Positions 49,001 to 61,419 of a stretch of DNA of 64,000 nt are shown piece by piece. The notes below the pieces were generated by a model. It was given only the letters and a program-made list of their open reading frames with translations. It ran no database searches and was not told the DNA's origin. Source of the DNA: Anaeramoeba ignava BMAN (taxonomy: Eukaryota; Protista; Anaeramoebae); NCBI GenBank assembly GCA_028826165.1, contig JAPDFW010000065.1, forward strand, positions 372,001 to 436,000, written 5' to 3'. The stretch's first letter is position 1. Every line of letters begins with the position of its first letter. Both the position numbers and the translations under genes were made by a program.

Positions 49001-52000
49001 TCATGAAATTTGTCTTGGGAAATGTGTACCGAAATGTCCTAATAATATGATGAGAAAAGAAGAGGATTGTAACTGTATATGTGAAGCTGATTCAGTTGAA
49101 GTTTGGTTTACACAAACAGTTGTAATTTCAACTCAAGCTCTTTGGAATTCATCAGAGAATTACTTTCCTCAAAACAATGAAGTCAATGGAAACGCATATA
49201 ATCTTGTTGGATTGAATGAAGTGGAGTTTTTTGATGTTTTCGGAACAAAAATAATCCCAGTTAGTTGTGATATGAGTAGCAATTATTCCCCTTTGTATAA
49301 TTGCCAAAAATTATTTGATAACTGGAAAGAAAATGACCAATACGGCTGGATATCTGGAACAAACACATCAGGATATGGATGGGTTTCTTTTCAATTTCAG
49401 GAAAAAATCATGATTTCAAGGATAATTATTTACAATAAAAATTCCACTTTTGGAATTCGGAAATTTTCAATTTATTCAAATTCTTCGATTGTCAATCAAC
49501 AATTCCAAGAAGATTCAATTATCATTCATGACGAACTCGTTGCCGATGAGAGACATGTTCTTGATGATCGAAAAAACACATCCAAATTTGCTGAATCTCT
49601 TGCATGTTTTTCATGTTCATCACAAAATCAAGATTTAATTAGTTCAACAATTTTTCTCAGTACAGAACCTCGCACAAGTCTCGAGAATTGTCAGTGTGTT
49701 TATGGAACAATTCGAAGAAGAGAGAAATGTCTTGGTCCTATGCCTGCACCTACTCTTTATCCTCCTTCTGGAGATTATCTTGTTGACTCTATAAATATTA
49801 CAGCTTCTTCAAACATACAAAGTGAAGAATATGATCCACCAATTTTAGTCAAATATACAATTGATGGATCCCCAGTTACACAATACTCCGCAGATTTGAT
49901 TTCTTTTCAACCTCCAGTTTTTTACTCTACAATAATCACTGCAGCAAATTATCAAGAAGGAAGAGGAATTGGTTTATCTGCAGTTGGAACATACACTATT
50001 TTCGGGAAATTGATCCCAGAAATTTCACCAGAAAGTGGTACATATGTCACTAATATTTCTCTTAACATTTCATGTAAACAAATCCCTATAACAGAATCAT
50101 CGCCTTTGATAAGGTTTTCTCTTGATAATGGAGAAAATATCCAAAATTATTCTGATCCTCTTTTTTTCAATACTTCTTCTTCTGTTAAAGAAATCAATGT
50201 TTCTATTTATTGTTCAAGTAGCTTTTATTTTCCATCTTATTTGGTGTCAAAATTCACAATTGTTCCCAAGGTTCCCAATCCCGAAATCTTATTTAATTCA
50301 CTACCAAATCAAACATTTTATAATGAAGCTCAAGCTCATTTTCAGAGAAACAACTCTTTCGGAGAAATATCATCATTTGTTTATTATTCAATTGACAATC
50401 AAGATTTGGACATGATTTATGATTTCAACCCTGTTAATTATACATTTCCTATTCGATGCAATGAAACTTCAATTTCTTGTGATCCAACAATTTATTTTGT
50501 GGGAAAATATCAAAATTGGGGTGATTCTGATATCATGCAAATCACAATACACATTGAAGTGAATCTTACCGATTTGATTCCTAGTCTTATTGATGTTGAA
50601 TGTGGCGGCAAAATGGCTTATGTTGCAAATCCAGTTGTTCTTAGTCACACTGATGATCCAACAATTTTGACAAGAATAACAACTGATAATTCTTCAGTTT
50701 TGAATACTTCAGATCTTGTTAGCAATGGAACTATTCTTCATTTTGATCAAATTGGATCCACTTTTGTTATTAGATTAAAAAATTTCAAACAAGTCGAAGA
50801 TCAAGAATTTTCTAGTCTTGAATTTTATTGCCAATTTACAATACAAGAAATTGCTCCTGATCCAATATTTACACCTGAAAATGATTCTTTTTTTAATTAT
50901 GTTATTTTTACTCTTCAATCTTCATTTTATGGGAATTATATTTATTATGAATGTGATGGAACTATGCAACCTAATGTTTTATTTACTTATCCTGTTAATT
51001 TATCAATTAATTATGATTTGTATGAAAATGTTGTTTATAATTGTTCTGCAATGACAAAACCTGATGGAGTTTATTCAAGTGATCTTGTAATAAAGCAATA
51101 TAATATTTTAGCTAAATTATCAAATCCAATAATTTCTACAAGAATTCAAAATCAAAATCAAAATTTAAATTTCAATTTAAATCAAAATCAAAATCAAAAT
51201 CAAAATCAAAATCAAAATCAAAATTTTACATTTGAAAACTTTGTTTATGTTGATATTTCATGTATAAAAGAAGAAGGATCAATTCCATTATTTACATTAG
51301 ATGGAACAATTCCAAATGAAAATTCAACAATTTTTGAAACAACAATATTTATCAATTATAGTGTAACAATTTCTGCAATTTGTTTTAAAGAAAAAGCAAT
51401 AAAATCTGAAATTATAACTCAAAATTATGAAATTATTGAAGTAATCCCAACTCCAATAATACAAACTTCTAATAACTTAACAATTGCAAATGAATCATCA
51501 ACAATAACAATTTTACACAATAATTCTTATTTTCAAGATCATCCTTTCCATATTTTTTATACACTTGATGATTCTGAACCTTTTTGGGAAAATTCAACAG
51601 AATTTTCATCTTCATTTAACATTTCAAATTCGGGAACAAATGTTATTCGAGCAATTTCTTGTTATAACAAATCAGAATTTTATTCATCAAATAATTATCA
51701 AAATTCATTCCAAAAAAATTCATTCCAAAATGAATTAGATCCAAATATTAAATGTTCAAATCAATCAGTTTTATTCTTAACAATTTATCATTTTTTAAAA
51801 CCAATTATTTTGAATCCACCAAATGGATCTTTCTTAAATGAATCAAATGCAAATATTGAAATTAAATCACCAACAAATGACACTAGAATTCTTTATTATT
51901 TTGAAAGCAATCCAGAAAATGTGTTTGTTTATTCAAATCAAATTAATATTTCGAAAAATGAATCAATAATCAATATTCAAACAAGTAAAAATTATCATTT

Positions 52001-52259
52001 TGATTCCCAGAATTTATCTGTTGTTTATTATCTCAAATTCAATCCTCATCAAGATTTTGGAAAATCAAATCCAAAATCAAATTGGAAATTTTTTGCCTTC
52101 TTTTCAATTCCACTTTTTTTCATTTCTTTTTCAATTATAATTTATCGATTGAAAAAATATCATAATCAAAAAATGAAACAGAATCGATTTTATATTGAAA
52201 AAGAAAATTATCCAAAATTAATTCATTTTCAAAAATTAGGGAAATTGATTTATGATTAA
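46044..52259 (+). CDS. ~2000-aa type I cell-surface protein (signal peptide, Cys-rich repeats, LamG-like, discoidin-like, CHB_HEX_C_1/FN3-associated repeats, TM); introns 46381-46453 and 46545-46617
   Basis: Hydrophobic N-terminus; CIEAPIGTYSP; FTHICIT..FVD..IGG..LDEIMIF; repeated PxxxPxSGxY..YT(I/L)DGSxP; TM FFAFFSIPLFFISFSIIIY then RLKK; frameshifts near 47020, 47070, 47800. Confidence 0.78.
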
Positions 52260-52378
52260 TTTAATAAAGAAAAAAAGCAAAAAAAAAAATTTTGAAAAAA
52301 AAAATTCTAAATGAAAAGAATTCATTTTTTTTCTTTTTTTAAAATTATAAAAAAAAAAGTTTTTCAATTTATTTTCAA

Positions 52379-54637
52379 ATGAAATTATTACTTGTTCTTG
52401 CAGAATTTGAAGAAAATAAAGGACCAATTATAATTTTTTGCACTCAATTAATTCCAAATAAAATTCCAACAACAATTTTTTCAAAAACAACAAAAAAAGA
52501 AATAATTACAAAAGAAGATTTATTAAATTGTTATTTTATAACAACAAATAAAGTTGATCCACCATTAAATCAAATAATTCAAAGTGAATGCACAAGAACA
52601 TTAAGTTGTGAAATTCCAGGATTTAATCAAATAATGCTTTTTTCATCTGAAGAAACTCAATTTACAACTCTTTCTCATTTGTTTTTTAAACAAGATATTT
52701 TGGCTAGAGGTTCAAAAAGATTATATTCAATTTTTTTCTTAATTAATAATCAAGATTTTGTTGTTAAAAATTATGAATTTATTTCAAGTTTACTTTTAAA
52801 ATTTGAAGAGCATTTTTTAAAATTTGATATAAATAATGAACATTTAAACAATGAAAATTTAAATCAAAATCAAAACAATGAAAATATAAACAATGAAAAT
52901 TTAAATCAAAATCAAAACAATGAAAATTTAAATAATGAAAATATAAATAATGAAAATTTAAATAATGAAAATATAAACAATGAAAATATAAACAATGAAC
53001 ATATAAATAATGAAAATTTAAATCAAAATCAAAATAATGAAAATTTAAATAATGAAAATTTAAATAATGAAAATTTAAATAATGAAAATTTAAACAATGA
53101 AAATATAAACAATGAACATATAAATAATGAAATTGAAAATCAAAATCAAATTCAAAATAAAATTCAAATTCAAAATAAAATTCAAATTCAAATTCAAAAT
53201 CAAAATCAAAATCAAAATCAAAATCAAATTCAATTTGAAAATCAAAATCAAAATAAAAATCAAATTGAAAATCAAAATCAAATTCAAATTCAATTTGAAA
53301 ATCAAAATCAAAATCAAATTGAAAATCAAAATCAAATTGAAAATCAAAATCAAAATCAAAATCAAAATGGAAATGAAAATCAAAATCAAAATCAAAATCA
53401 AATTGAAAATCAAATTGAAAATCAAATTCAAATTCAATTTGAAAATGAAAATCAAAATGAAAATTTATTGCAAAATAAAAAAAAAATTCATTCTCAAGAT
53501 GTTTTGTTTCAAACACTTCATCTACAATCAAGTATTTCTTTTAGTAGAATTCCAATCAAAAAAAAATCAAAAGAAGCACAAATTGAATATCAAAAAACAA
53601 GAATGATGGAATATTATCATAAATTTTCAGTTTTTGCTTTAAAATCAATTTATATTCATGAAAGTACTTTTGATTCTCCAAAAATATCAAAAAAATTTTG
53701 GGATGAACAAGATTCAGAAAAATTTCTTAAATTTAAACTAAAAATCAAAGATTTGGAAAATGATTTTTTTGAAAAAATTAATTCCATTTTAGATATTTTT
53801 ACACCCGAATCTGTTAGAATAATTATTTTTAATTTAATTGTTGGAAATCATATACTTATTAAAGGTAGAATATATATATATATAAAGAAAAAATGGTTTT
53901 TATTAAAATTATTATTTTTATTTATTATTTTTATTAGGAACATCGGATAACAAAAATATTATCAATGGATTAATTTTTCTGATTTTAGTTTGTGGAATTT
54001 TTTTTATTTAAATTTAAATTTTAATTTAATTTAATTTATTTTTTATTTTTAGGGATTATTACCTTTAAATTCTTTCAATTCTTGTTTTCTTTTAAAAAAT
54101 TTTCAATTGATTTCAAATTCAGCAATTTTAGGATTTGAATCAAATATAAATATTCCAAAAACATTACCATTAGATTCATTTTGTTTAATTGATATTTCAT
54201 CAAAAACATTAAAAGCAAAATCAAAAAAACAAAAAATAAGAATTCAAAATCCACATTTCAAAAGCAAAATAAATTCAAAAAATTTTCCAAAAAAAATATT
54301 TTATGTTCAAACAACAAAAATATTTCGATCCAAAAGTTTGTCATGTAATGGAGTTTTTGCAGAAACAGATTTAGGAGAATACTTAATGTTTATACTTAAT
54401 AAAATAAGAAGAGAAAATTTACAAAAAGAAATGATTTGGAATCAATTTAAAAAATGGATTCATAAAGCAATTCTTTTTAAAGCCTTCCAAAAGCATTCTT
54501 CTCAACTTTTTCAATATTCTCAATTTTTAGTAAAATCTTTGGAATTAGTTTATCCATTTGATGATATAGTTGTTCAATTTTTTTATCAATATATCCAAAG
54601 ATATGAAGATGAAGAATTTTTTTCTTCAATTTTATAA
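52379..54637 (+). CDS. FLCN: Folliculin; introns 53865-53937 and 53988-54052
   Basis: LAEFEENKGPIIIFCTQ, CTRTLSCE, DILARGSKRLYSI, IIFNLIVGNHILIKG; spliced frames compatible. Confidence 0.88.
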
Positions 54638-54868
54638 ATTAAAAATGGATTAAAAAATCTAAAAAAATTTTCTTTTAATTTTATAAAGTAACATGAAATG
54701 AAAAGAAATTTAAATTCAAAAAAATGTTTTTTATTTGAATTTTATTTAGTAAAATGAAATGAAACCAAATCAAATTCTTTTTTTGTTTTGTTTTTTTTAA
54801 ATTAAAAAAATTTTTTTTTTCATTTTTTTTTTTTTCATTTTTCTCTTTCATTTTTTAAAAAAAAGAAA

Positions 54869-57800
54869 ATGCAAAATTTATCTTTAATTAATCAAAAAAA
54901 ACATGAAAATTTAAACTTAAATGATTTTGCAAAAAATTTAAAACCCATTTTTGAATACAATACAATTTTACAATCAATTTTCACACTTGATTCAGATAAA
55001 ATGCTTTTTCATTATTCATTAAACCCAAAGGAAATAATATCAAAAATTCCATTGATTTCAAATGAGGATGAATTAATATCATTATTTTTCAATGTTGAAC
55101 AGAATTATCTTTATTTAATTTATCAAAATGGAGAAGTTTTACGTTTTTCACAAGAAACGGAAATGGTTGAAAATTTCACAAAAATTCCTTCACGAATTCA
55201 AACTATTCAATGGAGTCCTGACCAACAATTTGGTGTTTATCTGACTTTTGATAATGACTTAGTCTTGATTTCAAATGAATTTAAAACATTGTCATCTTTT
55301 CAACTTGAAACAATGATTCCTGAATTCGAAGAAAATCAAAAAAAGGAAATTAAAGAAATCAATCCTCTTTTTATCCCATATTTAGAAGGAACATTAAAAT
55401 ATAAAATTGAAGAAGATGATTTAATTGAAAATTCAAATGAAAAAATAAAAGAAGATTTAAAAGAGAATTTAAAAGAGAATTTAAAGGAAAATGTAATTGA
55501 AGATCTAAAAGAGGATTTAAAAGAGGATTTAAAAGAACCTCCTCAAAATACTGCTTCAATTTCTTTTAGAGGAGATTGCCAATTCTTTGCTGTTTCCTTT
55601 TTCAGTATTAAACAACAAAGAACAATTCTTGCAACTTTTCATTCGGATGGAAAAATATTTGCAATTGCCAAAGATTGTTCAAGGAAATTAATTAATAAAC
55701 CAATCACTGTTTCTTGGAAAACAAATGGGAATTTAATTGCGATTTTATCAGATGACAAGGAATCAAATATCAAAATTAGATTCAAAGAAAAAAACATGCT
55801 TTTTAAAAATGAGGAAATTCAATTGGAAAATTCAGTTGATGATGTTTTACAAATGGAATGGAATTTCGAATCAAACATTCTAGCGTTATTGCTTCAAAAA
55901 GGAAAGGAACAATGGATCCAGTTATGGACATTTGGCAATTATCATTGGTACAATAAGCAACAAATTGCACTTGATTCAGGAACACATTTTATCAAATGGG
56001 ATTATGAAAAACCCAATTTACTTCGATGCTTAGATCAGTTTGGAATTCTTCAAGAGTTTGAATTGTGTTTTGAAGTTAATTGTGGGATGGAATTGTCGAA
56101 TATTGCGGTTATTGATGGAGACAAAATTTTATTCACTCCCTTCAAAACTAAAGTGATTCCTCCGCCAATGTTTGATCATTTCTTGCAATTCCCTAATGAA
56201 ACAGTCCAATCAGTATCATTTCTCAATGAAAAAGTAAATGAATATGCAGATTCAATGAAAAAGAAAATTAACAACAACAATAAGAATAAGAATAATGATA
56301 ATGATGATGATGAAGATGTTTTTTTAATTACAACCGAACCTTTATCACAAATCAGAATTTATCGAACAGATAAAAAAGAAAAAAAGGAAAATAACTACAA
56401 ATTAATTGGAGAGATGATAGATGAAAACCGGATGAGAAACATTCTTTTACTTTCACATTTAAATTATGAATTATTTACTATTGCAGGAGTTCAAGAAACA
56501 AAATTCGAAAACGAAATTGTAGACGAAGTTATTTTTCTCGTTTTAATGATCGAAGATAATGAACTGAAAATAATGGAAAGTTTCCACAATGTTTTTGAAA
56601 AGCCAATTATTCGGCTATTCAAATCAAGATTGGATCAAAATTCATTTTTTGCAGAAACAAATGATGGAGTGATTTACAAAATGACAAAAGAATTTGAAGA
56701 AATAACTCAAGAGGAATATCACAATTTACCCGAAAGATGCATATTTACGAAATCAGCAATTTTATATTCAGCTTTTAAAAAAGAGGAAAATCCGCTAGAA
56801 GCGTTCAATATCGGAGTTGATTCACAAGAAAATACTCAAAATCAAATGGTTGAGAAAAAGGAAATTATTGTTTCTTTATCAGAAAGTGGGAATTTGTATC
56901 TGAATTCAGGAATCCTTCTTTCTGGAGAATGCACATCTTTTGATGTTGAGAAAAACTTCTTGATATTCACAACACTTGATCATTATATCAATTTCATGCC
57001 GCTTTTTGGATACAATTATGAGCATCTTGACAAGGTTGTTGAGAAAATGAAAAACAAAAACAAGTTGAAAAGATTTGCTGAAACAAATCGAAGAATTGAA
57101 AGAGGATCATTTATTTTGCGTTCTTTAAAAGATAAGATTATCTTCCAACTTCCGCGAGGAAATCTGGAAACTATTTATCCAAGAGCTTTAATATTGCAGC
57201 ATGTCAAAGAGGAACTACAATACACAAACTATTTGGAAGCGTTTGAGAAATGCAAAAGACATCGAATTGATTTTAACATTATTATTGATTTTGATCCTCA
57301 AAAATTCCACAATGAAATTGATCAATTTCTTATGCAAATTAAAGACCCAAAAAAGATTGAAATTTTCATTTCCTCGTTAAATGAAGAGGATTCATCAAAA
57401 CAAAAATACACCTTTTTCAAATCATTTGAACGGATTGGAAAAACACGAATTGAGAAAATTTGCGATAAATTAATTCATGAAATGGATGAATCACATGAAA
57501 TCAAAAACAATAAAGTATTTAGTGTCTGCAAAAGTCTAAGGAAACAAATGAAAAAAGCAGATGCGAAAAAATACATTCACCAGATATTACTGACTTATAT
57601 CAAATCAAACGAGATCCAGAAAATGATTGTGAAATATCGCGATTTGCTTGTTCGAGATACAAAGTTTGAATTGGGAGAAATTGATTATGTGATTTTTAAT
57701 GCAGGAGTGGAAAAATTAATTCGCTCTGCACTTGAAGAGCGTGATTTCGAGCTCACAAGTCTTTTGATGCAAAAATCACAAGCAGATCCAAAAGAATATC

Positions 57801-59167
57801 TTCCATTCTTGTCTGAATTGCAAAAGAAGCCTGATATCGAGCAAAGAATTGAGATTTATGAATATTTGAAAATTCCAACAAAAATTATTGATGTTATTTT
57901 GGAAATGAAAGAAGTTTCACCCGATTTAAGTCAGAAATTACTCAATGTGATAAAGGAAAACAATCTGTATAAATACGCACTCAAAATATTATCCAAAAAG
58001 CTTTCTTCTTTAACTTCTCAAAAGCAAACTGAGGATGCTGATATTGGATTTGGTGGGTTTATGGATTTCGATCAAGATTTGCAAGATGAAAATCAAATTG
58101 AACAGGAAAAGCAAGAGAAAAATTTGGATTTGGAAAAAATGGAATCATTTGAAAAGATTCACAAAATTATTTGGAAAGAATATGGAGATTTTTTAAGCGA
58201 AAACAAAGAAGATGAATCTGCAGCTTTTGCTTATTTATTAGGAAATGATAAAGAAAAATCAATCGCAAAATTCAAACATCTTTGTGATTGGAAAATGGCA
58301 CTTAGTTTATTCGATAATCAAAATTGGGAAAATTTTGTTCAATTTGCAGAAGAATTGGCACAATTATTGAAACAGAGAAATTTATATGAAGATTCATCAA
58401 CAATTTTATTACAATATTCAATTTCATCAGAACCTTCAAAAGATGAAAAAAAAAGTAAAATTGTTTTGGAAGCTGTTAAATTATTACTCAAAGCAGGAAA
58501 ATATATTGAAGCATTAAGAATATGCAACTTAAACAAGGAAAACCAAATGATAGAAGAAGAAATTCATCCTTTAGTCATTTTGAGTTATCAACAATTATTA
58601 TCCCAAATTTTGCAAAAGAAGGAACAAATTCAAAACCAAAAAAGAAAACTCGATCTTGCTCAACGAAGAAAGCTTATGATCCCCAATTTATTATCTCAAG
58701 AACAACCCACAGTTCATGATAATTCGGATAGTTTTTCCGAAACTGAATCCTTTTTCTCAAGTAAAACAACAACTGAATCTTTTGAGAAATCAAGTCAAAT
58801 TTCAATTTTAAGCAAAAAAAATCAAAACAAGAAAAAGAAAAAGAAAAAGAAAAGACCTCAAAAAGTTCAAACAAAAAACAAAAAAGGTGAAGAAAGTCTT
58901 ATTGAGGATCTATTCAAAATTAAAAATTCAGACCATATTTTTAATGAAGTTCTTAATCTTTCAAAGATTTTATTGTTTTTTGATCATGATTTTGAAGTAT
59001 CTCAATTACAATCTAATTCTCAACAACTTTTTCAAGTTATTACTCAATGTGAAAATGTTAAATTGATTTCAGAACAAATTCAAAATTTCCAATCAAAAAC
59101 TTTCAAACAAGAATCTCAAAAGAAAATTAAAAAAGAACAATTTTGGAAATTGGAATTTTTAGATTAA
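54869..59167 (+). CDS. ELP1: Elongator complex protein 1 (Iki3/IKAP), intronless
   Basis: WSPDQ, SFRGDCQFFAVS, WTFGNYHWYNKQ, VIPPPM, RRIERGS, QLPRGNLETIYPR, RHRIDFN, SQADPKEYLPFL. Confidence 0.96.
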   Translation: MQNLSLINQKKHENLNLNDFAKNLKPIFEYNTILQSIFTLDSDKMLFHYSLNPKEIISKIPLISNEDELISLFFNVEQNYLYLIYQNGEVLRFSQETEMVENFTKIPSRIQTIQWSPDQQFGVYLTFDNDLVLISNEFKTLSSFQLETMIPEFEENQKKEIKEINPLFIPYLEGTLKYKIEEDDLIENSNEKIKEDLKENLKENLKENVIEDLKEDLKEDLKEPPQNTASISFRGDCQFFAVSFFSIKQQRTILATFHSDGKIFAIAKDCSRKLINKPITVSWKTNGNLIAILSDDKESNIKIRFKEKNMLFKNEEIQLENSVDDVLQMEWNFESNILALLLQKGKEQWIQLWTFGNYHWYNKQQIALDSGTHFIKWDYEKPNLLRCLDQFGILQEFELCFEVNCGMELSNIAVIDGDKILFTPFKTKVIPPPMFDHFLQFPNETVQSVSFLNEKVNEYADSMKKKINNNNKNKNNDNDDDEDVFLITTEPLSQIRIYRTDKKEKKENNYKLIGEMIDENRMRNILLLSHLNYELFTIAGVQETKFENEIVDEVIFLVLMIEDNELKIMESFHNVFEKPIIRLFKSRLDQNSFFAETNDGVIYKMTKEFEEITQEEYHNLPERCIFTKSAILYSAFKKEENPLEAFNIGVDSQENTQNQMVEKKEIIVSLSESGNLYLNSGILLSGECTSFDVEKNFLIFTTLDHYINFMPLFGYNYEHLDKVVEKMKNKNKLKRFAETNRRIERGSFILRSLKDKIIFQLPRGNLETIYPRALILQHVKEELQYTNYLEAFEKCKRHRIDFNIIIDFDPQKFHNEIDQFLMQIKDPKKIEIFISSLNEEDSSKQKYTFFKSFERIGKTRIEKICDKLIHEMDESHEIKNNKVFSVCKSLRKQMKKADAKKYIHQILLTYIKSNEIQKMIVKYRDLLVRDTKFELGEIDYVIFNAGVEKLIRSALEERDFELTSLLMQKSQADPKEYLPFLSELQKKPDIEQRIEIYEYLKIPTKIIDVILEMKEVSPDLSQKLLNVIKENNLYKYALKILSKKLSSLTSQKQTEDADIGFGGFMDFDQDLQDENQIEQEKQEKNLDLEKMESFEKIHKIIWKEYGDFLSENKEDESAAFAYLLGNDKEKSIAKFKHLCDWKMALSLFDNQNWENFVQFAEELAQLLKQRNLYEDSSTILLQYSISSEPSKDEKKSKIVLEAVKLLLKAGKYIEALRICNLNKENQMIEEEIHPLVILSYQQLLSQILQKKEQIQNQKRKLDLAQRRKLMIPNLLSQEQPTVHDNSDSFSETESFFSSKTTTESFEKSSQISILSKKNQNKKKKKKKKRPQKVQTKNKKGEESLIEDLFKIKNSDHIFNEVLNLSKILLFFDHDFEVSQLQSNSQQLFQVITQCENVKLISEQIQNFQSKTFKQESQKKIKKEQFWKLEFLD

Positions 59168-59261
59168 AATATTTCCCAAAAAAAAATTTTTTTTTTCTTC
59201 TTTTCAAAAAATTAAAAAATCCAAAAAATAATTTCTTTCCTTTTTTTTTTATTTTCTGTTT

Positions 59262-61314
59262 TTATAATTCTTTTTCTTCTTTTAATTCTTTTAAAAGAAA
59301 TTTTTTTAATTCTTCTAAATTTTTACTTTCTTTAAATTCAATTGGTTCATTTTTTTCATTTTTTTTGAAAAGGAAAATTGAAGGTAAAAAATTATAATGA
59401 AAATTATCTGGAAGATCATTTTGTGAAATATCAATTTGAGCAAAAATTAAGTTATTCTTTTTCTCAAAAAATTTAGCAAGTTGTTTAAATATTGGTTGAA
59501 ATTCTTGACAAGTTTCTTTTTGGAAAAGAAAAAAAAATTTTTTTTTTAATAATTTGAACTAGCAAAAAAACAAATTGATTATTTTTATTATTATTTTTTA
59601 CGATGAAGTTTTGAAGTAATTAAAACAAGAACATTATTTTCATTTTCAATAATTGATTTATTCCAAGTAGTATAAGCAACTTTGAGAATATTATCTTTAA
59701 AATCTAAATTTGTTTCTGGTTCACTTCTATGATTATATTCTAATTTTTTGTTTAAAAATCTAAAAACAAAAAAATGAGAAAAGAAGAAAAAAAAATGAGA
59801 ACAAGAAAAATTACTTTGTAATAAATTCTTCAACTTTTTCAAATCTTTCTGAATTAAATGGATAAAATTTCCTCTAAATAAAATTCAAAATGAAAAATTA
59901 ACAAAAAAAAAACTTGATTAAATTAAAAATCCAAAAATTAATTTACATTAACCCAACTTTCTACAATTATAAAGTTTGTTTCTTGTGATTTAAATCCAAA
60001 AAACTGACCTAATCTTGGGAAACGATTAATATCAAACCAAGCAAATTTGATTTGATTTTTAAAATATTTTGCTAATTGAGTAAATGATGACATTAAATAA
60101 TATTTATTTTCATAATCAAAAGAAGCAATTGCTACAGGTTCTTTTTCTTTTTCAATAAACTCTTTAATATTATTTTCTGTCAATTCTTCAAGAACTGGTT
60201 GAAAATTTTGAACCAAAAACTAAAAAGGAAAATTTAAATTTTTGTTCCACTTTTTTTTTCAAATAAATAAATAAATAAACCTCTAAAATTGGTTTTTCTG
60301 TGAAATTTTCTAAATAATGAACTATTAAATCATCATCAAAATGTCGATAAAAAAGGATAGATGGAGTTTTTTTAATTTGCCAAATTTTTTTAATTTCTGA
60401 AGAAGCATTTACAATAACACCAAATAAAAAAGTAACAAGATCTTCTCTTTTTGAGAGATTTTCAATTATATTTAAATCTAAAAACCAAAAAAAAGAATAA
60501 TTTTTAAATTATTTTTATATAATTTTTAATTTTAATTTGATTACAATTTGTATTAAGTTCATTAAGAAAAAATATTGAAACATAAGGAAATTCCCATAAA
60601 AATCTTTCAATATCTTCATTTGAATTTAAAAAAGTAAACCAAGAATAACGAATTCTAAATTGAAAATTGAAATTAATTTAATTTGAATATAAAAATAAAT
60701 ATAAATATACTTTGCGAGATAAAGAACTAAAGGAGTAATTTCAATATCAAAAGGATAATCAATAAATGAATTTTTTTCTTTAAAAATTTTTAATAAAGGA
60801 GTTTTTGAAATATTAAATTGATTTGAAATTTTTTGATTTTCTTCAATATTTAAAACTCCAAATTTTAAATCTTGAAAAGTTGTTGCAACAAATTGAAGGT
60901 TTTTTAAAATCTTTTTTAAATTAAATATTGAAATAAATATTAAAATAAATATTAAAATAAATTTTGAAATAAATATTAAAATAAATATTAAATAAATATT
61001 AAAATAAATATTAAAATAAATATTAAATAAATTTTGAAATAAATATTTAAATAAATTTTATAATAAATATTGAAATAAATATTAAAATAAATATTAAAAT
61101 AAATATTATAATTAATATTAAAATAAATATTAAATAAATTTTTTACTTGTTCTGAAATATTTGTTTTTGAAAATAATATAATTTTAATTGATTCATAAGA
61201 AAGAAATTGATCAAAATTTAATTCATTAAGTGAAAAAATTGGATTTGTTTTGTTTTGACAAGAAATTAAAATGAAAAGAAAAAAGAAAATAAAATGATTC
61301 ATTTTCATTTTCAT
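59262..61314 (-). CDS. PDI-family multi-thioredoxin-fold ER protein, multi-exon, lacking CxxC
   Basis: Signal peptide MNHFIFFFLFILISC; LNELNFDQFL, ELTENNI, IFAQIDISQNDLP..PS; C-terminal EKEL. Confidence 0.72.
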
Positions 61315-61419
61315 TTATTGTTTTTTTTTTTGGAAAAGAAAAAAAAAGAAAAAGAAAAAAATGAATTTTTTAAAATGAATTTTTTTAAAATGAATTTTTT
61401 TGAGAAATTATAAAAATAT

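Noticed and set aside
5558-59167. Inteins in UAP1, ELP1 or other conserved genes
   Set aside because: No Hint/LAGLIDADG motifs or unexplained insertions seen
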